This document shows positions 17,995 to 27,813 of a stretch of 64,000 nucleotides of DNA, piece by piece (the stretch's first letter is position 1; every line of letters begins with the position of its first letter). A model generated the notes under the pieces. That model saw nothing but the letters and a program-made list of their open reading frames with translations, did no database searches and was not told where the DNA came from. This DNA is from Chachezhania sediminis. GTDB taxonomy: Bacteria > Pseudomonadota > Alphaproteobacteria > Rhodobacterales > Rhodobacteraceae. Made by a program: the position numbers and the translations under genes. The stretch covers positions 315,810 through 379,809 of the forward strand of contig NZ_VOPH01000004.1 in NCBI RefSeq assembly GCF_009765275.1, given 5' to 3'.

Positions 17995-19260
17995 TCAATT
18001 CGTCATCAGGTGGTCGAGTTCGGCGTAGTCGGGCAGGGTGCGGTCGATGGCCGTTCCCCTCCGCAGGACCACGCGGTCGGATTGCGGGCGGGCGAAGAAT
18101 TCGGTCCACGACCGCGCCCGGAACAGGATCAGATCGGCAGGGGCGTCGGGGCTGAGGTCCGGGGCATCGAACATGCAGGCGGCGGCCGGGGTCGTGGTGA
18201 AGGCCTTCACCCAGTCGGTGCCTGTATGGTCCAGATGGGCGATGCGGGTCGCCTCTCGCATCACCTCGACCATGTCCAGATCGCCATAGGCATAGAACGG
18301 ATCCCGCGTGTTGTCGGAGGCAAAGCTGACGGGGATGCCGCGCGCTTTCATCTCGTGCACCAGCGTCACGCCGCGGCGGCGGGGCGTGCGGCCCGGGGCG
18401 CGGTCCTGCAGGTAAAGGTTGCACATCGGCAGCGACACGGCGTTCAGACCGGCCTTGGCCACGATGTCGAGCGTGTCGAGCGCGCGCGCCTCCTCCTGCG
18501 TCGACACCGAACAGCAGTGGCCGACGACGACCGGCAGATCATAGCCCGTTTCCAGCACCGACTCGGCAATCATGCACAGCGTTTCGGACGTGGGGTCCAT
18601 CGTCTCGTCCGTGTGGAAGTCGACATGCAGGCCCATCCTGCCCGCCATCTCGAAGAACCCGTTCAGGATGCGGGGCAGGTCGGGGATCGGATAGGTCACC
18701 AGGCCCAGAACGCCGCCCGCCTGCTGGACCACATTGGCCAGGTCGTCGAAGGCCGCGTCGGTGCCGAAGCGGTCGCAGCTCATGAGGGACACAGCCTGAA
18801 GGTCGATCCTGCCGGCCCATTTCTCGCGCATCTCGACCACCACGGGCCAGCTGCGTTGATACTGGCCGTCGACGCTGTCGATATGGGTGCGGATCCGGGC
18901 GGTGCCGTGAGCATAGGCGCAGCGCAGGGCGAAATCCATCCGGGCGCCGACGTCCTCGGCCGTCCAGCGGGCATGGTCGGCGCGCACCGTCGACAGCGCA
19001 CCGTCGAAGGTGCCGTCGGGATTGGGGGACCGGGGCCAGATATGGCCCTTGTCCAGATGGGTGTGCATGTCGGTGAAGGTGGGCAGCACCATGGCGCCGC
19101 CCATGTCCACGTCCATGCCGCCGGGCGCTGCGATCTTGCCCGCGTCCACACCGATATCGGTGCGGACCAGGTCGCCCGGCTGGCCGATCAGACAGGCCGG
19201 AACAGATACGTTGCGCAGGGTGAAGCGCCCGGAAGGCAGGGTCTTGAAGTCCATGTTCAT
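17995..19260 (-). CDS. Amidohydrolase, cytosine-deaminase (CodA) family
   Basis: Metal-binding HxH (TFTDMHTHLD), later His/Asp ligands and DNTRDPF. This is the C-terminal 421 aa of the 17995..20175 ORF; the start ATGA overlaps the permease stop. Confidence 0.75.
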   Translation of the reverse strand: MNMDFKTLPSGRFTLRNVSVPACLIGQPGDLVRTDIGVDAGKIAAPGGMDVDMGGAMVLPTFTDMHTHLDKGHIWPRSPNPDGTFDGALSTVRADHARWTAEDVGARMDFALRCAYAHGTARIRTHIDSVDGQYQRSWPVVVEMREKWAGRIDLQAVSLMSCDRFGTDAAFDDLANVVQQAGGVLGLVTYPIPDLPRILNGFFEMAGRMGLHVDFHTDETMDPTSETLCMIAESVLETGYDLPVVVGHCCSVSTQEEARALDTLDIVAKAGLNAVSLPMCNLYLQDRAPGRTPRRRGVTLVHEMKARGIPVSFASDNTRDPFYAYGDLDMVEVMREATRIAHLDHTGTDWVKAFTTTPAAACMFDAPDLSPDAPADLILFRARSWTEFFARPQSDRVVLRRGTAIDRTLPDYAELDHLMTN

Positions 19261-20117
19261 TCTCGTTTCAGGGCGCTTTCGTGCCAGCGGTACAGCGCCA
19301 GATAGGAAATCGCGCTCATCAGCGCGAAGATGACCACGCCCATGACCGAAATCAGGATCAGCGCGGCGTAAAGACGACCGAAGTTGAAGCGATAGGACGC
19401 CTCCAGCAGGGTCGAGGCAAGGCCAAGGCCCGTGCCCGCCCGGCCGATCACGAATTCGGCCACCACGGCGCCGATCAGCGCCAGGCCCCCCGCGATCTTC
19501 AGCCCGCCCAGGAAGAAGGGCAGCGCCGACGGCGCAGAAAGGTAGCGCAGCCGCTGCCATTTCGTGGCCCCGTAAATCGTGAAAAGGTCGCTCAGGTTGT
19601 GATCCGCCGACTTCAGCCCGATGGTCGTATTCGACAGGATCGGAAAGAAGGCGACGATCCAGGCGCACAGCAACGCGGCGACAAAGGCGTTTTCCACGTA
19701 GATCTGGATCAGCGGCGCCACCGCCACGACCGGCGTCACCTGCAGGATCACGGCGTAGGGAAAGAACGACATTTCCGCCCATTTCGACTGGGTGAAGGCC
19801 ACGGCCAGCCCCACGCCGCCGATCACCGCCAGCGTCAGCGCCAGCACCGTCAGGCGGCCGGTCTTGATCATTGCGGGCCACAGGATCGACCAGTCCTCGA
19901 CCATCTTCTGGGCCACCAGTGTCGGTCCGGGCAGGATATAGTGCGGGATTTCCCCGATGGTCACGTAAAGGTGCCAGGCCAGGATCGTCAGGACCATGAC
20001 CAGCGACGGCAGCGTCCAGCGGGCGATTTTCATCACCCGTTCGGTGCGCGCGCGGGCGGCTTCCTCGGCGTCCAGTTCCGGGTGCACCACGGGGGCGCCG
20101 TCTTGGGCCAGGGTCAT
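19257..20117 (-). CDS. ABC transporter permease (NitT/TauT family)
   Basis: 6-TM permease with an EAA-like loop. Start at MTLAQDGAP overlaps the ATPase stop. Confidence 0.75.
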   Translation of the reverse strand: MTLAQDGAPVVHPELDAEEAARARTERVMKIARWTLPSLVMVLTILAWHLYVTIGEIPHYILPGPTLVAQKMVEDWSILWPAMIKTGRLTVLALTLAVIGGVGLAVAFTQSKWAEMSFFPYAVILQVTPVVAVAPLIQIYVENAFVAALLCAWIVAFFPILSNTTIGLKSADHNLSDLFTIYGATKWQRLRYLSAPSALPFFLGGLKIAGGLALIGAVVAEFVIGRAGTGLGLASTLLEASYRFNFGRLYAALILISVMGVVIFALMSAISYLALYRWHESALKRE

Positions 20118-20899
20118 GCCGCTTCTCCCATCGCTTCGTGCAGCGCCTCGGAGGCCTGCCGGCAATAGGCGGCATATTCGGCCGAGGTACGGAAGGCCTC
20201 GTCGCGCGGATAGGGCGCGTCGACCTGCAATTCGCGGATCACCCGGCCCGGGCGGGCGGCCATGACGACGATCCGGTCCGACAGGAACACGGATTCAAAG
20301 ACCGAATGGGTCACGAAGATCACCGTGCAGTTCACCCGCTGGCGCAGTTCCAGAAGGTCGTTGTTCAGCTTGTGCCGCGTGATTTCGTCAAGCGCCGCAA
20401 AGGGTTCGTCCATCAGGATCAGCCGCGGCTTGGTCACCAGTGCGCGGGCGATGGACACGCGCATCTTCATCCCGCCCGACAGTTCGCGCGGGAAGGCGCG
20501 CTGGAATTTTTCCAACCCCACCAGCTTCAGCGCCTCCAGCACGTCGTCCCTGACCTCGGCATAGGGTTTGCCGCGCAGGCGGAACGGCAGCCAGACATTG
20601 TCGGCCACCCGCGCCCAGGGCATCAGCGTCGGTTCCTGAAAGACGACGCCCAGGTCGTCCTTGGTCTGACCGCCGGCCCAGCGGATGGATCCGGACGTGG
20701 GCTGCATCAGCGACGAGATCAGCCGCAGCGCAGTGGACTTGCCGCAACCCGACGGCCCAAGCAGCGAGATGAAGTCGCCCTCGTTCACGTCCAGGTTCAT
20801 GTCCTTCAGTGCCACGACATTGCCGCGGAATGTCTTTTCGACATGGCTCATGTGCAGCACCGGGTCGCGTTGCCCCAGCGGTTTGCGTTCCTTGGCCAT
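20114..20899 (-). CDS. ABC transporter ATP-binding protein (NitT/TauT family)
   Basis: Walker A GPSGCGKST, signature LSGGMKMRVSIARAL, Walker B LILMDEPFAALD. Start at MAKERKP follows a GGAGG Shine-Dalgarno. Confidence 0.85.
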   Translation of the reverse strand: MAKERKPLGQRDPVLHMSHVEKTFRGNVVALKDMNLDVNEGDFISLLGPSGCGKSTALRLISSLMQPTSGSIRWAGGQTKDDLGVVFQEPTLMPWARVADNVWLPFRLRGKPYAEVRDDVLEALKLVGLEKFQRAFPRELSGGMKMRVSIARALVTKPRLILMDEPFAALDEITRHKLNNDLLELRQRVNCTVIFVTHSVFESVFLSDRIVVMAARPGRVIRELQVDAPYPRDEAFRTSAEYAAYCRQASEALHEAMGEAA

Positions 20900-20950
20900 A
20901 GCTACCTCCGAAAGGGGGCGGCGGGACATGTCGCCCCGCCGCAGGAACGT

Positions 20951-21943
20951 TTACTTCTTCAGGTCCATGCCGACCTGAGCGTTGACGAACTGGTTGTCAT
21001 AGGCCGACTTCCAGTCGATATCGGCGTCGGTCACCTTGGCGTCGACCATCTTGTCGAAGAAATCCTTCACCTTCTCGTCCGTCATCGCGCCGATGCCCAT
21101 CGTCTCGGCGTCGCCGGAATCGACGATGCCTTCGGACAGCATCTTCTCGATCGCGTAGTTGATCTTGTCCTGCGTCATCTCCGGATTTTCGGCCATGATC
21201 ATCGCATCGGCGGCCGAATGATCGCCGTAAAGATAGTTGTACCACCCCTTGATCGACCCATCGACGAAGCACTGCACCTGCTCGGGCTTATTGGCGATGG
21301 TGTCGGCCATCGTCTCGATCGTGGTGGCATAGGTGGAATAGCCCGCATCGGCGATCAGGAACACGGCCGGGGTGAATCCGCCTTCCTTTTCAACCAGATA
21401 GGGTTCCGACGACAGGTAGCCCTGCATGCCCTTGTTGTCGTCCGCCAGGAAGGGGCCCGGGTTGAACGTGTAGGGCTGGCGCTGTTCGGCGGTGAAGCCG
21501 TAGGCGGCCATCATCCACTGGTAATAGGACTGATAGCCGTTGTCGCCGATCAGCAGGGTCAGGTTCTTCAGGTCCTCGAAGGTTTCGGCCTTGCCCGGGT
21601 GGGCCAGGATCACCTGCGGGTGCTTCTGGAAGATCGCGGCGACCGACACGACCGGCACGCCTTCCTTGACGGCGTTGAACGCCTGAAGCAGGTCGCCTCC
21701 CATGTGATAGTCGATCTTGCCGGCCAGCATCATGGCGCGGTTGTTCACCTGCGGGCCGCCCTGCACGATGGACACGTCCAGACCGCAGTCCTTGTAGGTG
21801 CCGTCGGCGACCGACTGATAGAACCCGCCATGTTCGGCCTGGGCCAGCCAGTTGGTGCCGAAGACGGCCTTGGGCAGGTCCTGGGCGGCCGCGGGTACCG
21901 CGGCCAGCGCCACCAGGGCGCCGGCGAGAGCTGTGGATTTCAT
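20951..21943 (-). CDS. ABC transporter substrate-binding protein (NMT1/THI5-like)
   Basis: Signal peptide MKSTALAGALVALAAVPAAAQ plus NMT1/THI5-type periplasmic fold. A GGAGGT Shine-Dalgarno precedes the start. Confidence 0.75.
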   Translation of the reverse strand: MKSTALAGALVALAAVPAAAQDLPKAVFGTNWLAQAEHGGFYQSVADGTYKDCGLDVSIVQGGPQVNNRAMMLAGKIDYHMGGDLLQAFNAVKEGVPVVSVAAIFQKHPQVILAHPGKAETFEDLKNLTLLIGDNGYQSYYQWMMAAYGFTAEQRQPYTFNPGPFLADDNKGMQGYLSSEPYLVEKEGGFTPAVFLIADAGYSTYATTIETMADTIANKPEQVQCFVDGSIKGWYNYLYGDHSAADAMIMAENPEMTQDKINYAIEKMLSEGIVDSGDAETMGIGAMTDEKVKDFFDKMVDAKVTDADIDWKSAYDNQFVNAQVGMDLKK

Positions 21944-22136
21944 TGGTAACCTCCGTGTTGGATCTTTGTTTCTTGAAGGCAATCCCGCCCGGCGCGGGTC
22001 ATGCCGTTCAGCCCTGCCGATTGTGTCGAGGCAGATGAAGACAGGGCCATGGGGGCGCGGGACCGGACCCGCGCCTGCCGGATTTCGCCACGGCAGGCGG
22101 TCGCGTTAACCTTTTCGGGCAACCGCCTGTCGTGCA

Positions 22137-23132
22137 TCATTTTTTTCCGTAATTCGCGCCAAGGCGCATCTGGATGTAATCGTGGCCAGTCATCGGATCG
22201 TACTTGCCGTCGGGACCGGCCAGCACGGTGTCCCTGTTGGCCTGGGCGAAGAAAGCCATGGAATAGCGCGGGCCCAGATATTCGTCGGACTTGGGCATCC
22301 GCACCCGGTGCAGCGTCGACTGCAGCCTGTCGTCGGACCAGCGCATCAGCATGTCGCCGATATTGCAGGTGATCACGCCCTCCAGCGGCGGCACGTCGGT
22401 CCAGGCGATGGCGCGGCCCCGGCTGTCCTTGAACGGGCACAGTTGCAGGCCGCCCTGACCGCCCTTCTGGTGCAACAGCGTCAGGCAGTCGAAATCGGTA
22501 TGGGCACCCGACCGCCAGCCCCTGAAATCCTCGGGCGTGGCGTCTTCCATTCCCAGATAGTGCAGCAGCCGCAGGGTGGACTGGTACTGGTCCGATTGCG
22601 GATCGTGGCCATCGATGAAGGTGTCGGGATGAAAGCCCAGCCGGTCGCCGAAACAGGACAGGACCTTCATCGCCAGGGCCCAGTTCTGACGTTCGAAGGC
22701 CAGCATGGTGGCGCGAAAGCCAGCCAGGTCCCCTTCGGACGGCCAGAGGCCCCGCATCCGCGGCAGGGTGATCTGGAAGCTTTCCTTGCGGTCCGCCGTC
22801 CCCGTCGACGGGCGCACCTGCGCCATGTATTCCCAGCCCGCATTGGTGCCGGGGCGCAGGGGCATGGTGTCCTTCAGATCCGCGGGCAGATCGAAGAAGG
22901 CCGCCGACAGGGCGAAGGCCTCGTCGATCAGGGCCTGCGGGATGCCGTGGTTTTCCAGCTGGAAGAAACCGATGCCGGTCGCGGCCTGCCACAGGTCTTC
23001 GGTGATCTCCGCCTTGCGGGCGTGGAAGTCGGACATGTCGATCCGGGGGATGTCGCGGTCGACCTCCTCGCCGTAACTGCCCATCAGGGCTTCCTTTTCC
23101 AGCTCCGCCAGTTTCGGCGTGTCGCTCGTCAT
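22137..23132 (-). CDS. 2OG-Fe(II) oxygenase (isopenicillin-N-synthase-like), second copy
   Basis: AHTDFDCLTLL...HRV triad. Start at MTSDTPK follows GGAGGAG. Confidence 0.75.
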   Translation of the reverse strand: MTSDTPKLAELEKEALMGSYGEEVDRDIPRIDMSDFHARKAEITEDLWQAATGIGFFQLENHGIPQALIDEAFALSAAFFDLPADLKDTMPLRPGTNAGWEYMAQVRPSTGTADRKESFQITLPRMRGLWPSEGDLAGFRATMLAFERQNWALAMKVLSCFGDRLGFHPDTFIDGHDPQSDQYQSTLRLLHYLGMEDATPEDFRGWRSGAHTDFDCLTLLHQKGGQGGLQLCPFKDSRGRAIAWTDVPPLEGVITCNIGDMLMRWSDDRLQSTLHRVRMPKSDEYLGPRYSMAFFAQANRDTVLAGPDGKYDPMTGHDYIQMRLGANYGKK

Positions 23133-23665
23133 CTCAGGTCTCCTCCTGCAGATGGGGAGCAATGACCGACGCCCTTCCGGTGGCGCTGACTGCTTCTACT
23201 CCGGTTGGTGATCCGGTCGTGCATGGGCGGTCTGCGCCGCGTCCGGCCGCAGCGGCAGGCCGACGGGCGATGGTCCCGCATGCCCGTGCTTCCAATGTGG
23301 CAAGCGCGGACCCGGGCCCTGCCGGAACACTGCGCTCCGGCCGTGTCACCCGTCATCCGCTGGGCAATATGCGCTGTGAACATGTTGCCGCCGGACGGGG
23401 TTGCACCGTTGTTGCTGTCGAGCATGCGTCGCCTCACCACAATAGCCCAGTCGCTGCCGCTTTCGCAGGCAACCGTCGGGAATGGATGAGCAATGACCGA
23501 GCCTGGGGCCCTTCCGCTTCTACTCGCCCCGAACCTATGCCGCAGTGCGGAAAGGCGGCCAGAACTGTCGTGACATGAAAGGCTGTGCTGCGAATAGTTG
23601 CACAAAAAATGCACATATTCCAAGTATCGATGATGAAACCCGCAGCGCCGCGTGTGCGGATCCGG

Positions 23666-24265
23666 TCAGATCCGCAGCAGCACCTTGCGCAGGAATCCCC
23701 CCAGCGCGCCGCGCACGTCACCGGGTGTCAGCGACGGGGCGGGGGCAGTCCGGTCCAGCGCCAGGCCGGTGCGGAAGGCCAGGAACTTGCTGGCCTTGTA
23801 GGCGGGCTTGTTCATCGGCCGCCCCGCAAGATCCGCCAACCGCGTCAGGTTCCGGCCCAGCTGCACGTGATTGTTGCCGCAAAGCTCGGTATAGCGCGCG
23901 GCAAAGCTTTCCGACCGCGCGGCATGCAGCGCGAATTCCACCGCCAGCAGGCACCAGTCCTGGCTTTCGCCTTCCAGGTCATAGACGCGGATCATCCGGT
24001 TCAGTGCCTCGTTGAAGCTGCTGCCGGCGGTGGCGGAACGTCCGCGCGCGATCTCCTGCGCCAGGTGGTCTTCCAGCAGCAGGAAGAAGACGGCTTCCTT
24101 GCTGTCGAAGTTCGAATAGAAGGCGCCCTTGGTATAGCCGGCGGTTTCGGCGATCACATCGACCGATGCCCCGGCAAAACCGTGCTGGGCAAAACAGGTG
24201 CGCGCCGCGGCAATCAGCTTGCCGCGTGTCGCCTCGCGGGCTTTTTCTCGGGACAATCGGGTCAT
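23666..24265 (-). CDS. TetR-family transcriptional regulator
   Basis: N-terminal TetR HTH (FAQHGFAGASVDVIAETAGYTKGAFYSNF). Confidence 0.8.
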   Translation of the reverse strand: MTRLSREKAREATRGKLIAAARTCFAQHGFAGASVDVIAETAGYTKGAFYSNFDSKEAVFFLLLEDHLAQEIARGRSATAGSSFNEALNRMIRVYDLEGESQDWCLLAVEFALHAARSESFAARYTELCGNNHVQLGRNLTRLADLAGRPMNKPAYKASKFLAFRTGLALDRTAPAPSLTPGDVRGALGGFLRKVLLRI

Positions 24266-24351
24266 CGTTACCTGGTGAACGCCTGCTTACGGCCTTCCTG
24301 CTGTATAGCCTCCGAATATCATCCACAGGGGATGTTCAAAGAGGTTTCTGA

Positions 24352-24365
24352 ATACCGAACGGTAT
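24352..24365. promoter_or_regulatory. Inverted repeat ATACCG-AA-CGGTAT upstream of the TetR gene (candidate operator)
   Basis: Perfect 6-bp arms with a 2-nt spacer, about 85 nt upstream of the TetR start codon. Confidence 0.35.
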
Positions 24366-24665
24366 GGTCGGCAGTTGAATCGCGTCCTGTGCAGAGGGCC
24401 TGCACGGATGGCCTGTTCCCGGCGCAGACGGGCGTTCCCCTTTAACGGACACCACTTTTCGATGCGGCCGCGCGCCATGGCCCGGTGTCCGGACCCCGCC
24501 CAGGACGCCCGACACGTGCCCACCCGCACTGCGAAACGCCCGGGACAGGTGCCCCGGGCAAGGCCACGCCGCCCGGCGCCTGCGTGACATGATCCGCCCC
24601 CGCGGGACGCGTGCGCCCCGGGCGCCGTCGGGGCGGGGGACCGCCTTTTGGATGGGCCGGTGCCG

Positions 24666-25991
24666 TCAGACCGTCGCATCCCAGGGGCAGGCGGCGCGGC
24701 GTTCGGCATCGGCGCGCTGGCTGGCGGCTTCCCAGTCGGCGGTGTCGGTGATCGCGTCGTTCGACAGGGGGCCGAAGATCCTGGACACGTCGACGCCGTT
24801 GCGCATGGGCAGCGCGGTTTCTTCCGCGTCGGCCAAGTTCCGGATCGCCTCGCGCAGCATGCGGCGGAACTTGATGATGCCGACATCGGTCTTGCCCAGA
24901 TGCTCCTGCGTGCGGTCCTGGATCGTCCCCATGCTTTCCACCGCCCACTGGTCGTGCACGTTGATGTCCAGCCCCATGCCCGTATAGGTCTGCGTCGCCT
25001 GTTCCGCCGGGTCGAAGTTATAGTTGTTCGACTTGTTCTTCAGCGGCGCATAGTCGGGCAACGTGTGCTCCTTCAGCCGCTGTTCGCGCATCAGATCCTT
25101 GTTCACCGGTTTGGCAAAGCTGGTAAACATCGAATACCAATAGCAATTTTCATCGTCGATGGGCACGTGCCACTGGGTGATCGTCATCTCGCGGCTCATG
25201 GGAATGCAGATCGCTTCGGGGAAGATCTGGTTCGTGACGCGGACATGGGTCATGCCGTTTTCCATGTGCCGCAGGGCCGTCAGCTTCATGCCGAAATCGG
25301 TTTCCTCCACCCGGATCTCCGGGCGGGGATAGTCCCGCAGAAGCTGGGTCATGGGGATGTTGGTTTCGCCCGCGCTGTCGCGGAACTGCTTGCCATAGCT
25401 GTCTTTCGGGTCCTCGTCTTCCAGAAAGCGGTGCAGGAAGGATGCGTGCGCCGGGTCGATCCCCACTTCCAGCGCCTGAAGCCAGTTGCACTGCCACAGG
25501 CCCTTGAAGGCAAAGACATGGGTGTCGGGCGCGCGGAAACAGTCGAAATTCGGAAAGCTGGGCGGTTCGCCCGGGCCCATATAGGCGAAGACGATGCCGT
25601 TTCGTTCTTCAACGGGATAGGATACCGTCTTGATCTGCTTGTACATTTCCGAACCTTCGGGTTCCCCGGGCTGTTCCACGCACTGGCCGTTGCGGTCGAA
25701 GTGCCAGCCGTGGAAGGGGCAGCGCAGGCCGTTGTCCTCGCGCCGGCCGAAACACAGGTCGGCGCCCCGGTGCGGGCAGTGGCGGCCGATCAGGCCCAGA
25801 TTGCCGTCGTTGTCGCGAAACAGGACCAGCCGTTCCCCCAACAGCGTGACCGGCACCACGGGCCTTTCGCCGGCCAGTTCGTCGACAAGTGCCGCCGGCT
25901 GCCAATAGCGGCGCAGGACCTCTCCGGCCGCCGTGCCGGGGCCGACCCGGGTGATCGTGTCGTTCAATTCCTGGCTGATCATCGCGGTCAT
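24666..25991 (-). CDS. Rieske [2Fe-2S] non-haem-iron oxygenase alpha subunit (GbcA/CntA/demethylase-like)
   Basis: Rieske motif CPHRGADL...CPFHGWHF and mononuclear Fe site D..H....H (DPAHASFLHRF). 441 aa. Confidence 0.8.
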   Translation of the reverse strand: MTAMISQELNDTITRVGPGTAAGEVLRRYWQPAALVDELAGERPVVPVTLLGERLVLFRDNDGNLGLIGRHCPHRGADLCFGRREDNGLRCPFHGWHFDRNGQCVEQPGEPEGSEMYKQIKTVSYPVEERNGIVFAYMGPGEPPSFPNFDCFRAPDTHVFAFKGLWQCNWLQALEVGIDPAHASFLHRFLEDEDPKDSYGKQFRDSAGETNIPMTQLLRDYPRPEIRVEETDFGMKLTALRHMENGMTHVRVTNQIFPEAICIPMSREMTITQWHVPIDDENCYWYSMFTSFAKPVNKDLMREQRLKEHTLPDYAPLKNKSNNYNFDPAEQATQTYTGMGLDINVHDQWAVESMGTIQDRTQEHLGKTDVGIIKFRRMLREAIRNLADAEETALPMRNGVDVSRIFGPLSNDAITDTADWEAASQRADAERRAACPWDATV

Positions 25992-26040
25992 CTCCCTGGG
26001 GCGGCGTGGTGGGCCGAGCTTGGTTGCCGTTGGCTGGGAC

Positions 26041-26055
26041 GTGCGTTATACGCAC
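26041..26055. promoter_or_regulatory. 15-bp perfect palindrome GTGCGT-TAT-ACGCAC in the Rieske/IclR divergent promoter region (candidate IclR operator)
   Basis: Seen directly in sequence between the two divergent genes. Confidence 0.4.
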
Positions 26056-26125
26056 ATATGTTGATATAGTGAAATGCTACCGTGCTGGCGCGACCTGTCA
26101 AGGGTGGCCGGCGGAAAGGGACCGC

Positions 26126-26902
26126 ATGCAGGACCGGAACATCGCCACGACCTTGTTGAAGGGGGTTGAGGTGTTGCGCGCCTTTCGCGGCACCGACGGG
26201 GACGTGACGCAGGCCGACCTGGCCCGACGGACAGGTCTGGACCGGGCGACGGTGCGACGGCTGAGCCTGACGCTGGTTCAGGCGGGGCTGCTGGCCGCGA
26301 CCGACCGCGGCTATCGCCTGGCGCCGGGGGTGCTGACGCTGGCGGGCGCCTTCCTGCGCGCCAATGCGGTGGGCCATTCCGTCCAGCCGGTCCTGAACGA
26401 TTGTGCGACCCGCATGGGGGGCGAGGTCAGTCTGGCGGTCCGCGACGGGATGCAGGCGATCTATGTCGCGCAGTCCGCCACGGCCGAGGCGCGGGTCAGC
26501 TTCGGCTTCACCATCGGCAGCACGCTTCCGCTGCTGCCCACCGCCGTGGGGCGGATGCTGCTGGCCGGTCTTCCAGAGGGCCAGCGCGCCGACCTGATCG
26601 CCGCCGCGCCGCTGGAGGCGATGACGGCCGACACCTGCCTGGACCGCGACGCGATTGCGAAGGCGGTGGAGGCGGCGATCTACGGCGGCGTCTCTGTCGT
26701 GCGCGGCGAATACGAAAGCGGCATCGCCGGGCTGGCCGTGCCCGTCGGTGCGACCGGGCCGGAACGGCGGGCGCGGGCGGTGCTTGGCACCTCGCTGCCG
26801 TTGGCGCTGCCGGACCTGATCGACCGGCAGGCCAAGGCGACCGTGGCGATGCAGATGGCCGCGGCCCGCCTGGCGGAACTGCCGGCGCTGGGGCAGTGGT
26901 AA
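26126..26902 (+). CDS. IclR-family transcriptional regulator
   Basis: N-terminal IclR HTH (LLKGVEVLRAF...VTQADLARRTGLDRATVRRL) and C-terminal effector domain. ATG at 26126. Confidence 0.8.
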   Translation: MQDRNIATTLLKGVEVLRAFRGTDGDVTQADLARRTGLDRATVRRLSLTLVQAGLLAATDRGYRLAPGVLTLAGAFLRANAVGHSVQPVLNDCATRMGGEVSLAVRDGMQAIYVAQSATAEARVSFGFTIGSTLPLLPTAVGRMLLAGLPEGQRADLIAAAPLEAMTADTCLDRDAIAKAVEAAIYGGVSVVRGEYESGIAGLAVPVGATGPERRARAVLGTSLPLALPDLIDRQAKATVAMQMAAARLAELPALGQW

Positions 26903-26905
26903 GAG

Positions 26906-27568
26906 TTACTGCCGCGGGCCGTTCCAGCGGCCGATGCGGACGAACTCGCCTGGCGGGCCCATGCGGATATCCAGCAGGATCGCCAGCGCCCGCAGGGTGA
27001 AGGCCGCCAGAAAGGCGATGCCCTGCGCGATCGGGACGGGGATGTCGGTCTGCATCAGCAGCGCATAGGTCAGCGCGCCGACCAGGGCGGCCGTTGCATA
27101 AAGCTCGCCGCTCAGGATGATGGGCTGGGTATTGGTCAGCACGTCCCGGATCACGCCGCCGCCGGTGGCGGTCAGCATCCCCATGAAGACCGCGATCACC
27201 AGTGGCGTGCCGAAGGCCAGCGCCGTGTGGCAGCCGACCACGGCAAAGGCCGCAAGACCCAGGGCGTCGGCCCAGATCAGGCCGCGCTGGCGATAGCGTT
27301 CGGACGGGACGAAGAAGAAGGTCGTCAGGGCCGCCACCGCGCACAGTAACAGCTCTGTCGGGTCGTGGACCCACCAGATTTCGCGGTTCAGCAGAAGGTC
27401 CCGCGTGGTGCCACCGCCGATGCCCGTGATCGTGCCGACCAGCACGAAGCCCAGCACATCCATCCGGAACCGCGCCGCCGTCAGCGCGCCGCTGACGGCA
27501 AAGACGACGTCGCCGAAATACATGATCGCCAGGATGCTGGTACTGATCGGTTCGCCTTCAATGCCCAT
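26906..27568 (-). CDS. TRIC/UPF0126-family membrane protein (YadS-like)
   Basis: Two UPF0126 repeats with Gly-rich helices (GTITGIGGGTTRD / TATGGGVIRD). Start at MGIEGEP. Confidence 0.65.
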   Translation of the reverse strand: MGIEGEPISTSILAIMYFGDVVFAVSGALTAARFRMDVLGFVLVGTITGIGGGTTRDLLLNREIWWVHDPTELLLCAVAALTTFFFVPSERYRQRGLIWADALGLAAFAVVGCHTALAFGTPLVIAVFMGMLTATGGGVIRDVLTNTQPIILSGELYATAALVGALTYALLMQTDIPVPIAQGIAFLAAFTLRALAILLDIRMGPPGEFVRIGRWNGPRQ

Positions 27569-27813
27569 GATGTCCCGTCTGCCCCCTGGATGCCCCTTGG
27601 AATGCCCCGTGGCAGCTTTACCGCCCTGTGGCCATGCGGGACAGGGGCCTTGAGGGGGCCTTGAGGGGGGGGGCTGACGAGAGCAGGTTGCCACCGACAG
27701 GTCGTGTGGGCCAACGGGGGCTTTCCATTGGACCTGCGCGCTGCCGTCGCGCGGCGCGCAGGTCCGGGGCATGGTATCGCATCAGGGAACGGATCTGAAA
27801 CGGGACGACAGGC

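Noticed and set aside
16614-19305. Plus-strand ORFs of 513 aa and 480 aa
   Set aside because: Antisense to the FAD-oxidase and amidohydrolase genes. No motifs.
20138-21949. 603-aa plus-strand ORF
   Set aside because: Antisense to the ABC ATPase and SBP genes.
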